Source: Podarcis melisellensis (lineage: Eukaryota). From it: a DNA stretch of 64,000 bases. The translations under genes were made by a program, and so were the position numbers. Below the pieces are notes generated by a model. It was not told where the DNA came from. It saw only the letters and a program-made list of their open reading frames with translations, and made no database searches. Position 1 is the first letter of the stretch, and each line of letters begins with the position of its first letter. Below, one piece after another: positions 52,901 through 64,000 of the stretch. The stretch is taken from assembly GCA_964234715.1 (NCBI GenBank), contig OZ174275.1; one strand, 5' to 3'.

Positions 52901-55900
52901 TGGTCTGGTGCGTCTTATATAGCGAAAAATACGGTATGTCACTGAAATTAGTATTTTTCAAATTCACTGTGTAAATTAGTTTCCATGGCTATAGCAGAAA
53001 TTCAAAGCTTGCATAAAAACTGGAAACAATGATTCTTGTGGCATGTGTAGCAGGGGACTGCCTTGCTCGTTTACCATTATGAAAACTACATATATTTATG
53101 GCATCTTGGAAGCTGTCAGGAGCAGCACCATGGAAAGTACTTGTGTTTCTATCCAGTGAAGAAGAGCAGTTCTCTTCCCTACCCCCACATTGCGTTTCAT
53201 ATACTGTGCTGTGCTGCCACCTACCTGTGAATTGGGACACTGAAATAAGTCTACCTTTGTTTTTCCGGTGTTATGCTTCGCTGACTAGCTGTACGAGTTA
53301 ATCTGGTCTGTGACCGTTTAATAAAATTTGATTTGATTTGATTTGTTGGCAGAATCATATAAGAAGGGTGGGTATATAAGAATATAAGAAATGCCTGCTG
53401 GATTAGGCCAGTAGTCAATCTAGCCCAGCCTCCTGCTCTGACTCTGGCCAACCAGGTGCCTGTGGCAAACCTGCAAGCAAGATTTAAGCCCCAAAGTACT
53501 CTCTCCTCCTGTGGGAACCAGCAGTTGCCCACTGGCTGCATGAAGTTGGCAGATAGGATCCAGAAACTGCTGGTGACCTTTCCTTAAAGGTACTGCAACA
53601 ATGCCAACACCTGGTGCCTTCCCTGTTTCATGGAGGAGGTGAGATCACAGCCTAATGTATCTGATCCCAGTAGTAGAACAGTGTTAGAAACTCAGGTGTA
53701 TAAGCTGTCTCCAAATGGCAGCTTAAACCAATGTTACAGCTGCTACAGCAGAAGGTCTAGGCACCATTTTCCCCCAGTGGGATTTTGTCATAGTCTTATT
53801 ATTTCATTTCTATACCACTTCATATTTTAAAGGGGGGGGGGATCTCAAAGCAAAGCGGTTTACAAAACATCAAATAAAACAATCCTGAATAAAACAAATT
53901 CAAGCTTCAAGGAAAATATTTCAGATTCTTCTCTAAGTGACATTTTGCTTTCCCCATATTTATTCACCTGCTTAGTGTATATAGTTGTCCCATAGCAGAA
54001 GTTAGGGTTGCCATATTTCAAAAAGTGAAAATCCAGACAGAAAAGTTGTTGAGCAAAATCGCAAAGAAATTGGATGTTTTTGAGCTATTTCTGAGGGAAA
54101 TCTGAGGGACGCTGCCGATTTCCCCAGACACTTTGCCAATTTCTGCCCAGACACTGCTCTCGGCTGCAGTGTTCTGAATATGTCCGGGAAATTCAAGGCA
54201 TATGGCAAACCCTACAGAAGTACTCTAGGAGGTCAGTGTGGTGTAGTGGTTAGAGTGTTGGACCTGAGACATCAGGGTTCAAATCCCCACCCAATCATGA
54301 AGCTCCCCAGGTGACCTTGAGCCAGTTACAGCCTCTTAACCCACCTCACAGGGTTGTTGTAGGGATTAACTGAGGAGAGAGATGAACCATGAACTCCTTG
54401 GAGAAAGTGGTTGGGATATAAATGCAATAAATAAGCTTTTCTGCTTACCTGCTTAAGAAAGCTGGAAGGGAAAGCCAGATGGAGATGTCAGTTGCCAACC
54501 TGGCATCCAGAGATCTCCACGTGGTCACAATCGGACCTGCACCCGTCGCAAAATGGGCCTGGTGTCTGGCTAATTTCTAACATGGTAGTAGAGATGCATG
54601 TACTAGCTAGGGGTCTCTTTGGTGGATAGAGAGGTTGGTTAGCTAGCTTCTTTTTTTTTTAAGTCTGGGGGAGGCAGGCTGTTTGCATATGTTGCAGAAC
54701 AGGGGATAGTTCTTTAATTTTTAAAAAAGGGGGGAGGAGGAGAACAGCCTCATACTATTTTCTCTACAGTGTTTTCGTTGCCTGTCATGCTGAATGCAAA
54801 CACCAGAATGACAAACTGATTGGCTAGATCATGGGCTCTTTATTATGTCCTGAGCTTGTTTTAAGATATCTGTTACCTTAAGTAATGCTGTGTCTGACAT
54901 AACATGACCCAATTGATACTGTGCCATACTTCTTCCATTTGGCATAACTACAGTTTCGTAACCCCACTTAAAATCCTTTAATCCCATGCCCTTAAAAGTA
55001 ATGGGTCAAAAAACAGCTGATCTGGGATTGGCAGATTAACAAAGAAAGAGAATTACTTCAAAGTAGAAATAGTAAGAAGCAATTATCCCCTTCGTCCAAA
55101 ATAGCCAGATTAAAAAAGTGTATTCAAAACATTTCTCTTTTCTGACCAAGCTGACAAATGCAGCTTTCTTACACATGCATATTGAGGAAGCAAGCCCCAA
55201 TATTATCAGTGGGTCTTACTCCCAGGTAAGTGTTTATAGGAATGTGAATAAGGACCCATAAACTGGGGTGACTTATTTTGGAGTAAACATGCAAAGGGGT
55301 TGTTCACAGCATAGCTCTGAGCTTAAGGTAGATGGTCATATTCTTTCTTCCCTCCTTCTTCCACCTTCCTTTCTTCCACCTTGCTAGGTCCAGAACCTAT
55401 TATCAGTGCTGAGAACATAATTATCTAGGAACTGAGAGCCCGAGGGAGAAAATGCATGCAGTTCTACCTGCCTTTTTTTCTTAAGAGATAAATAGTTGTA
55501 GTGTGGGTCACTGCAGTTTAAGGAAGGATATCAGCAAACTGGAATGTATCCAGAGGAGGATGGCAAAGATGAAGAGGGGCCTGGAGATAAAGTCCTCTTT
55601 GGGAAGGTTGAAGGACCAGGGTATGTTTAGCCTTGAGAAGAGATAAGTAAGAAGGATTGTGCCATTCAGATACTTGAGGAGGGCTATCACATTGTTCAGT
55701 GTTTCTCAAACTTTCTTCTCTGGGCCACACTTTCTGAATATAAATTTGCTCACACCACAGAGTTTTTTATTGATAAGAAATACATTGGAAAACAACAAGA
55801 AACAACAACCAGCAGTGCTTGATTTATAACACAGGACACAACTATTTTGTAATTGCCATCTTCTCCTGCCACACCAGTGTAACACACTACACCCTTTGAG

Positions 55901-58900
55901 AACCACTAACATAGATGATGGAGCAAATCTATTTGGTGTTGTCCCAGAGATCAGACTCCAAAGCAGGTAGCTAAAATATAAAGTATTCTGTCTAAACACT
56001 AGGAAGAACTTCCAAACAGTATAAACTGCTACCATTATCATCGTAATATAATAGACTTGTAAGTTGCTTAATACACAGAGGTTTCCAAACAAATTGAAAC
56101 ATACTTAAAAACATAAACATAAATACATTGTAATGTTAACGCATTCAGAAAGAAACGTGCATTTCATGAAAAATATACACAACAACCCACCCACCCAATA
56201 ACAGCTGCCAGAAGCTTTGACAGCACACAAACGGCAGACACAGCATCATCTTCATAATCTATCAAATGTCTGAGAGAAAAATGTATTTTATTACCTAGTA
56301 CCAAAATGTTGGTAGAGGAACCAAGTGGACCTCACTGGGGAGACCTTTCAGCAGTAGAACAATCTGCTTGAGAGGAAAGTGGGCTTTCCTTAGTTAGAAA
56401 CTGTTGAGGTTATAGTAGTAGTGGATTTCTTGCATTGGCAGGGGTTGAACTGGATTATCAAGGGGTAAATTGCAGAGGGAAGACCCTCTAGACCAGACCT
56501 GGTTGCTTGGGAACTATTTATATTCACTAGATAACCAGGTTTGTCGCGGTTCTAAAGTTTGGGGTTGGGAGGAATAATTTGAATAAGGAGAAGGGAGGTA
56601 AGAAGGAGGGCAGGGGTCAATCAGGTATAATAGCAGTGCCACAAGGGTTGTTTCTGATTTTCCATTCCGCAGTGGTTTTATATTTGGCTAGGTGAACTTT
56701 AACTTTAGAAAAATCTGTTCATTGTGTTATTATTTTTCATCTGTTCAGTCTAATACACCATACTCGCTTTTCTATTTGGCTAGAATTAGCACTTAGTTCT
56801 TACCAGATTGTCTAGCTCTAAACTGATCCCATGTTTCCTTATTGCTAGAGAGTGGAACGAAGACCAGGAAATCAGAGTGCCTGAAGTTTTGCACGCTCCA
56901 CATGCTTCATTGCAGCTTGTTCTCATTACTTCTCAGAGTTCCTACCTTAGCCAATGCTATCTGTAGATTTTTCTGTGATTTTGGGCATAGTTGGGCTGCC
57001 TCTTTAGCTGTTCCGAGGCTTGTACAGGAGGAGAGCCGCAAATCCCTCCCTGCTGTGTATTGGGGGGCGGGTGGCTGGGAATTTCCTGGCAGCCTGAGCA
57101 CTTCATACAATGAATCCTTTCATTGCAGTTCCAGGAACAGGGCGGATGCCAGACCAGTTCGTGACCTTGAACATGAAGCATGGAGTAGAAGCAAAGAACT
57201 ACGAGGAGGTAAATCTCTGCTTTTGCTGCCTGTGCCTCTTGATTCTCTTCCTGACACTCACGTGACAACTGTATGTAGCCTTGAGGCTCACAGTTCAATG
57301 CTGTTTTCCCAGTCTCCCTGATTCTTAGGGCTTCCCTGAGTAAAGCACTCATCTAGAACAGTTTTGTTTTTTTTTTGAAGTTGCTAAACACATTTTAGGG
57401 AGGAATCTGCTGCTTGGCAAGGAATTTATCAGCTATGAAGCTGAATTTATTCGGAAAACAGGACATCTAGCATTTTTTCGCTCAGAGTGGCCAGCCAGAT
57501 GTCTACGGCAGACCTGCAAGCAGGACCCAAGTTGAACAGAACTCCCTCAGCTTGCAGTTTCAAACAATTTCAGTTTCAGAAAAATACTGCCCCTAACACT
57601 GCTGACATTGCATGAAGCTACCTTGTGCTTTGTTGGACTACGGATCCATCTAGCCAAGTATTTATGGCTCTCTTAAAAGCTCAGGAAAGGTCTTTCTAGG
57701 GATGCCAGGGATTGAAACTTCAGTCTTGTGCATGCAAAGGGTAATGCATAATTCAGTAGTAGTGCATTTTCTTTGCACGCAGAGGGTCTTGAATTGGTAT
57801 CTCCAGTTAAAAGGATCTCTGGCAGGAAGTGCTAGGAAAGACTCCCGCCTGAGATCTTTGAGACCTGATACAGGACTATATGGATCAGTACTATCTGACT
57901 GGATAAGACGGTTTCATTTGATGCAATCCAGACGAAAGTAACTCTCATACGTTCAGAGTACTAAGGTATGACCTTTCTGTTTTTATACTGCTTTTTGATG
58001 GCCATGAACTCTTTTCTTACATTTCAGTTCCTTTCCTGCACAGACTGGGATAGGAGCATGATACCAGTCTAAGATAAACATTTCATGGTTGCTTTATTCA
58101 CAATTTCCCCCAATGTAGAAAGAGATTATCTCATTGCAGGGAGAAATTTATTGTTTCATACATAGCTTTTACAGCTGATTGGGTGCATTCATGGATAGGT
58201 CTGTCAATGGCTAGTAACATATGGTCACTAAATAGAGTTTCCCATCTTTAGAGGCAGTATACTGGGATAGACAGTGGCAGGGAAGGGCCATTGCTCTCAT
58301 GCCTTGTTGGCATGCTTTGTTAAGAGTCAAAACAGAAACCTATATAGTTTTTGTTGTTGGAGACTAAAGGTGCTTCTGAATGCTGTTTTCCCTTGTATTG
58401 GTATACTTAAATGGGAATGAGGGGGCACTTAATAAAATAAATTATGAGTGGAGAGGTCTGGTACTGTGCTGATTTGGGGGTCCATTTGGACTAGCAGAAA
58501 ACAGCAGGAGAATCAGTGCAATCCTTATGCGTGGATTGCATATGTCAGGAGTGCAGATTCTTTTCACAGTCATGTGATCCTAAAAACATATCCTTAATGA
58601 GAGAAGATGTTGGTTTAACAGACGATTGGAGTCCAGTAGGCACCCGCGACAAGGTATACGGGCGAGAGGGCAGAGGCTAGTAGCTGATAGCTGACCTCAT
58701 GAATTGAGGTACTTTTCAGGATATTGAGTTTTGTGCAAAAACTGTTCCCAGCTTTTCAGTATTTTTCTCTTGCTAAACACAGCATTGTTTTTTCCCCTTT
58801 CTTTCTTCATCCTTGCTTATGAAAAACCAAACCCAAACAAAAAAGTGACAGAACTTGTAAAGTTCTCCTGAAACTGTCAGATTCTGCCTGGTAGAGTAAT

Positions 58901-61900
58901 GGCCATGTAACTTCCTACGCCTTGATTTTATCATTCAGAACTAAAACATGAGAGGATTATTTAATCCAGTAATTTAGCTACTGGTAAATTGTGAAAAGCT
59001 GCTGTTTTTTCTGTCTCTCAAGGTTTTATTGCCCCCTTGTGGCCTTGCAATGAACAGCCACCATTGTAGTAAATCTACTGACCTATTATAGTTTGTTCTG
59101 TTACAGGGGTGAGTGGCCTCCATGTCATTTCTCTACCTGGCCCACTGCCCTCTCAGGCTCTGCCCCTCTCCTCACCTCCACCCACTCCTCCTGTGCCCTG
59201 CTGCTGTGGTGAACTGTCACTGCCCAGCTCCACTGCAGCTACATTAAACCCCTTGCAGTTTGAACTTGCAGAAATGTTAAACCCATTACTGTATTTGAAT
59301 ATAGCTCCTCCAACTATGCTGCTCTTCCCAAATAGCTTTTCTGGCCGCATGAGACTTGTTTTCTGTGCTACAGACGAATATGCTTATTAATTAATTTTTT
59401 TAAAAGATTATTTAAATGTTAATTTAAAAGTGCCTAGAGGCCACCAAGCTAAACTAGAAAAAAGGATACAGTGCACCCGCTGCTATTGTTCACAAGTCAG
59501 AAAAATCAGGACAACGTAGAACAAATTATTTTTAAAATAATTGACAAAGGAGGGAAGTACGGATACATTGCCCTTCTCCTTAAATGGTTGTTATAGGCAA
59601 TGGAGGGAAATGAAACAGGAAATCACTGCTTTCCTTGCTTGTGAATCATCCTAGTGCCTTTACTCTCATTGGCCAGACATCAGAGGGTGGGATCGGGTTT
59701 ACTAAACCTTTGGTAGCATATTTCCTGAACAGGGATGTATGGTGCAACTTGGAGAAATGTGTAAGCAAAAAAGTTAAAAGAGATGTCCTTCCCATGCTTA
59801 TTCAAAAGTAAGCCCAACTGTGTGCAGTGGAGGTTACTTGGGTAAATGTGTTTAAGGTAAGCCTCAGAGACTTACTTTGTTCCAGTTTTAAAAAACAATA
59901 ACATAACATAAAAAAATACAGAAGAGTGGCCTTCAACATTCTCAAAGCCAAGCACCATCTTTAATCCTCATCTGTAACACAGAATGCTCTCTGGTTTTTT
60001 TTTTTTACCATGTATGCCCATTTTTCTTCTTTCACAGTGTTGTAGTGGCAAAGGAGGCTAAGACAGTGTGTTTCCTACTTCTGTTGTAGCAACAAAAATG
60101 TGGATTTTTAAATTAGGGGTTATACTCAGGCCCATGTGGGAGGCACAGGAGCAGCCAGGTACACTTGCCCTGGGCCTTGGAGGCCTAAGAGGGCCAGGGG
60201 GCCCTGACGGGCCTCTGTCATGCCAAGACCGACCCGGGCCTAAGACAAGCTCTGCATGGGCCTGGTGATACCAGATTAATCTTAGGCTGCAGTCCTGTAC
60301 CCATTTAACTAGGAGTAAAGCACTGCAGTGACTCCCTATATGCTCCTGGGCTCAATTCAAAGTGCTGGTGATGGTTTACAAAGCTTGGGGTCCAGATACC
60401 TGCAGGAGCTCCTCATTCAATGCAAGCCAATTCAGTCCTTAAGATTGGTAGGGTAGGGCTTGTTCACTGCCCTCCACCAGGGTTTGGAGTAAAAGGATGT
60501 ATAGATGGGCCTTCTCTGTAGTAGGTCCCCTACTCTGGAATAATAGCCCTTAGCGATGCAACTATCCCACATTGTAAGGTTTCAGATGCTGATTGAAAAC
60601 ATCTTTATTTGCCCGGGCTTTTGTAGTTTGATAAGTAAGAGGTGTACTCCTCATCAGCAATGCATGTGTTTCTGTTCTTAATTAATCTGCAAAAATTATT
60701 AAATGTTTCTTGTGTTGTTCATCTGGAGCTGCAAAATGAGAATCCTCTCACCAAACATTTTGTGCTCCTCCAAAATGCCTCCTCTTGAAATTTGTCCAGA
60801 AGTGTAGTGTAAAATGAAAAACAATTTGACACTTGCACCATAGAGAATGCAAATGAAAAAAACTGAAAACACTTGGTTAGACATCCATATTTGCTATATG
60901 GAGAGGCTACCATCTTGTTAAAAGGTTGCCTTTGCACAGCTTTGGGCATGTATCTCCCCTCCTGGAAAATGCAAATATGGGTGTTTAATTATAGATTTGG
61001 TGTGAATGTTCAATATTTATTTATTTATTTACATTTATTTACTGCTTGATTGTTTTAAAACAAGAAACTATCAAAGTGGCTTTGTCACTGGTTTAGGCAC
61101 TGGAAAATTTCCTAACATCTCTAAGAAATTAAGGATATTGGAGATTCTGTCGGCTGAAAAACTATGGCTTTGTTGACCTCAAAAATCTGCTGTGAAGGCT
61201 TCCAGATTACTATTTTAGGTTACCCAGGAGGGGAGATGCATGCCAAGGCACTGAAAAGGAGGCAATTGAAGAAGAAGACATCCTCCCTGGTTACGAACAG
61301 CAGATGAGGATGTCTAGTCAAGCCTCTCCCTCCGCCCTCCCCATTCTTTCATTTGCATTCTCTGTGGTGCAAGTGGTTAGTTAGATTGGTTTTGATTTTG
61401 TCGCTAGAGACTATGCCACAGACAGGACTGTTTGCATCAGGACCCTCTTTTCAAGTGATGGGAACACAATCTTATTCTGGCTGTGATTTTCAGTCTCTGT
61501 CTGTCTTTTTTACAGATTGCTAAAGTAGAGAAGCTGAAGCCACTGGAGCTGGAGCTGCGACGCCTGGAGGATCTTTCAGAGTCTATTGTCAATGACTTTG
61601 CCTACATGAAGAAGCGGGAAGAGGAGATGCGGGACACCAATGGTACGTACTCCAACTCAGGGAGTAGTATTGTTGTTATGCTTCTCTCACTAATGCATAT
61701 GGTTGGGGATAATGTTACCACGATGCATACTTGATACCTGCTTTATAGCGTAGACAAGGCTGTCTGATGATCTATCAACTTATAAACATACTGTTAGGAT
61801 CACTGGAATGTTTCACCACCATAACAGTTATGCTGCTATGCCCATAAGCCCACTTTCCACCAAATCTACTAGAGTCATGGCACTCCCTTCTCTTTACACT

Positions 61901-62648
61901 CACTTGGGATTCTGTTATTTTCTTGTTATTATCTGCAGCCAGGACTGTTCTTATCGGGCCCCAAGAAAATTCAAATTCTATGTGCGGAATATAATGGGCA
62001 AAATTATATTTTGTACTTATTTGTATAAACAACTTCAGTGTGTATTTAACTCTGATTAGCTGTTGTAGAATTTTGACTTTCCCCTCTTCCAGTGGGAAGT
62101 GTGATACAGAAATAGAGGTATAGGCAAGAGGTTGGCAACAGAGGTATAAAAATTCTATGGTGAAGGAACCAATATTCTTGTGTGGCAGATAGGTTCCATC
62201 TGTGAACACCAAAGCCTTTCGCAAGAACCCCTGTATAATAATAGTAATAGAAATGGTAATAATTTCTGCCTGCACAATTTTCAAATTTAAGAGAGAGGAT
62301 CTTGAGTTGCCCTTTTTTTGTAACAGAATGAAAGCTGAGCCTTTTTTGGATCCACTTGGCCCACAGTTCAAAGAGCTTATCTTTCTGGTACTTAGTTTTA
62401 TATGAATGCTTCAGATGAAAAATTCTAGGTGGTTTGTGGGGTTGAAGGCATTGGAGGGCTGGCTTAGGGATTCTTGCCATTTGTTCTGAGTAACAAGCTT
62501 TTTGCTTTTTGTTTTTCCCGTTTCAGAATCTACCAACATTCGGGTACTATACTTCAGCATTTTTTCGATGTTCTGCCTCATTGGACTGGCTACCTGGCAG
62601 GTCTTCTATTTGCGTCGTTTCTTCAAGGCCAAGAAGCTGATTGAATAG
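43271..62648 (+). CDS. TMED10: Transmembrane p24 trafficking protein 10 (TMP21/p24delta1), 5 coding exons: 43271-43519, 49102-49222, 57135(or 57129)-57208, 61516-61642, 62527-62648; 230 (or 232) aa
   Basis: Signal peptide, GOLD domain ([28 protein letters not shown]...[20 protein letters not shown]), coiled coil ([39 protein letters not shown]), TM helix and FFKAKKLIE* di-lysine tail; GT-AG introns with consistent phases. Confidence 0.98.
45668..45882 (+). mobile_element. tRNA-derived MIR-like squamate SINE
   Basis: A box TGGCGTAATGG, B box GGTTCGAATCC, core 'acctacctcacagggttgttgtgagg', (AAAT)n tail. Confidence 0.8.
45890..46600 (-). mobile_element. CR1 LINE 3' region interrupted by another CR1-type tail (~46060-46310)
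   Basis: 'ttggaaggcaccctaaaggtgatct', 'cttctctaggctaaacacccc...tcaaccgttcctcata' are CR1 3' motifs in antisense. Confidence 0.65.
47121..47277 (-). mobile_element. SINE with tRNA-Asn(GTT)-derived head and CR1-derived tail
   Basis: Minus strand GGCACAATGGGTCAGTGTGACTGGCTGTTAACCAGAAGGATTGTGGTTCGAGCCTACCCAGG followed by GCATTGCAGGGGGTTGAACTAGATGGCCCTTGGGGTCCCTTCCAAC...TTCTATGATTCT. Confidence 0.8.
47660..47826. mobile_element. hAT-type MITE (same family as 60127-60264, opposite orientation)
   Basis: CAGGC...GCCTG termini; perfect 8-bp TSD ctctgctc. Confidence 0.75.
49102..49222 (+). CDS. TMED10: TMED10 coding exon 2 (121 nt)
   Basis: tttcctacag|ATT; [40 protein letters not shown]; G|GTAAGT. 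Confidence 0.96.
52650..52935. mobile_element. Tc2/pogo-like DNA transposon terminal fragment
   Basis: Ends 'gtcttatggtctggtgcgtcttatatagcgaaaaatacggta'; internal 'gctatcccagaagccaga' direct and inverted repeats. Confidence 0.6.
54003..54214. mobile_element. hAT-Tip100-like MITE
   Basis: TAGGGTTGCCATAT / ATATGGCAAACCCTA termini; flanking duplication cagaagt. Confidence 0.8.
54228..54435 (+). mobile_element. tRNA-derived MIR-like squamate SINE
   Basis: A box TGGTGTAGTGG, B box GGTTCAAATCC, same core and tail as the 45668 copy. Confidence 0.8.
55505..56460 (+). mobile_element. Fragmented CR1 3' region with a nested hAT MITE (~55697-55907)
   Basis: [10 protein letters not shown]...QRR-like CR1 ORF2 end, 'gggtatgtttagccttgagaagag', 'taggaagaacttc', 'gcattggcaggggttgaactgga'; insert has CAGTGTTTCTCAAA/TTTGAGAACCACT ends. 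Confidence 0.65.
57135..57208 (+). CDS. TMED10: TMED10 coding exon 3 (74 nt; alternative in-frame acceptor at 57129)
   Basis: ttgcag-ttccag|GA ACA; [25 protein letters not shown]; GAG|GTAAAT. Confidence 0.92.
60127..60264. mobile_element. hAT-type MITE
   Basis: CAGGCCCATG...CATGGGCCTG TIR; degenerate 8-bp TSD gttatact/gtgatacc. Confidence 0.7.
60800..61410. repeat. Degenerate long inverted repeat (old fold-back element) in TMED10 intron 3
   Basis: cacttgcaccatagagaatgcaaatgaaa (~60830) pairs with tttcatttgcattctctgtggtgcaagtg (~61347); tagacatcc/ggatgtcta; ggcatgtatctcccctcctgg/ccaggaggggagatgcatgcc. Confidence 0.75.
61516..61642 (+). CDS. TMED10: TMED10 coding exon 4 (127 nt)
   Basis: ttttttacag|ATT; [42 protein letters not shown]; G|GTACGT. 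Confidence 0.97.
62527..62648 (+). CDS. TMED10: TMED10 coding exon 5 (TM segment and cytosolic tail)
   Basis: cgtttcag|AA; [40 protein letters not shown]; TAG at 62646-62648. Confidence 0.97.
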
Positions 62649-62877
62649 GGGCAGTTCCCCCTCTTTTAAACCCCAGCAGAACAACAGAGACCCAACTATG
62701 GCTCTTTAGAGCCACCTCAGGGTTGACCTGCCAAACAGAGCTTTTTCTGCAATGGCTCCCCAGGGGGAGGGAGGGAAATGCTGGTATAGAACGCAGTCAG
62801 GATGCTTCTGAACTATTATTGGATAGACATGGAAGACGGTGGGAGTTGTGATTTTGGGGACTCTTGGACAGGGATGA

Positions 62878-62883
62878 AATAAA
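62878..62883 (+). terminator. Candidate TMED10 proximal polyA signal (another AATAAA at 63883-63888)
   Basis: AATAAA 230 nt after the stop codon, followed by a GT/T-rich tract. Confidence 0.5.
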
Positions 62884-64000
62884 ACTGTCATGACAGCTGT
62901 GGTTGGCTCTTACGCTGTCTTTTTCTCTCCCTTACAAATGAGGTCAGGTGACCTCTTCCTGTATGTCACCAGATTGATCCTCTAAGCCACTTGAATACAT
63001 GCAATTTGTTAAACTTTCAGCATTCTATCTCTTACCACAGAGTTTTGAGAGGGAGCCACTCGGAGTCAACCATCCCAGAAGAGATCTTGTTGCAAATTGA
63101 TCAGTAGCTACACTTTTGGAGTGGAGAAGGAACTGCCAGTGGCATTTGTCTGTCAGAATATTTGATATTTTTATGTGTAGAAGCAGGAAGGACAGTTGGA
63201 AAATAACAGAGCTGTGTTGTTTAAATTACAGAAGGCTTTATCTACAAATGCTCTTGTTTTCATCCTATCCCATTTTCTGAAGTCATTGCTTCCCTTGTTC
63301 TAAAATGAAGCAGTTCTTGAAAGCACCTTGGATACTGTGAAAAGCCATTTTTAATGGTAAGAGGCACCAGCTTGATGCATACTTGAATACACAGTTGGGT
63401 TAATCCTTAGGGGAGGGGGATAGGTCTCTTCTCCCTCACCCCCATGGGCGATATAAAACCCTGTCTTCTACCAAAGATAGAAGTTGGGGCAATCTTAGAC
63501 CTGCATTTTAATGAACTTGTAAGTTATATCCAGATGCTTATAACCCAGCATATAACCCTGGGGAGTCTGCCAGGGTTAATTACCCCCATATCAACCCTGA
63601 ATTACTGGCACGGCTGGGGACCGTTCGTGTGGGAGGCAGCCATTTCCCACAGCAAGAAACCGGAAGTTATTTGGATGCAAAATGGCAGGCAGGTGAGTCA
63701 GTGGGAGCAACTGTAGATGAGCTGTAGTGTCATTTCAATTTTTAAGACATTTGTGCCTTTTCTGGGCTCTACAAGTTTCAGGGCTTATAGCAGCAACAAA
63801 TACATCATCCCTGACTCAAAACATATCAAGTTTCAGAGCAGTGTATCACAAAAAAAGTCTTGGGTCCCAACTTAAATTCTCAAATAAATCTTAATGTCCC
63901 TCCTTTCCCTTGCAGGCACTTATGTCCCCTAAAAAGCCCCTTGGCAGGGTTGGGGCCCCCTCTTGGACAACACAGGATGATACACAAGGGGAACAGGGGA

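Noticed and set aside
56842-57321. 159-aa plus-strand ORF over TMED10 exon 3
   Set aside because: Different frame from the real exon, TTG start, no homology
61775-62480. 198-aa and 144-aa minus-strand ORFs in TMED10 intron 4
   Set aside because: Non-ATG or weak starts, AT-rich random-looking composition, no domain

Overview
Vertebrate genomic DNA, almost certainly a squamate reptile (Sauria SINEs, BovB, CR1/L2 and hAT/Tigger MITEs; lacertid-like by repeat content, which is an inference). Two protein-coding genes lie head-to-head. FOS (c-Fos) is on the minus strand with 4 coding exons (9249->7028, 367 aa). Its regulatory elements are recognisable: SIE, Ets+CArG SRE, AP-1/CRE, -60 CRE, TATA-like box, intron-1 internal promoter block, 3'UTR ARE and polyA signal. 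TMED10 (p24delta1/TMP21) is on the plus strand with 5 coding exons (43271->62648, 230 or 232 aa). The ~34 kb between them holds two orphan CpG islands (~12.8-13.7 kb and ~23.3-24.3 kb), a solo LTR and many transposon relics. Best leads: (1) five RFX X-box-like motifs, three of them regularly spaced, interleaved with CRE half-sites ~14 kb upstream of FOS; (2) a stop-free FOS intron 3 whose retention would give a 421-aa zipper-less Fos isoform; (3) a near-perfect 87-bp-arm fold-back ~4 kb downstream of FOS; (4) a solo LTR with a duplicated octamer/CRE/CCAAT cassette; (5) altered Ets-CArG spacing in the SRE; (6) an in-frame tandem splice acceptor in TMED10. All family assignments and comparisons to mammalian sequence are from pattern recognition and memory; no database searches were run.
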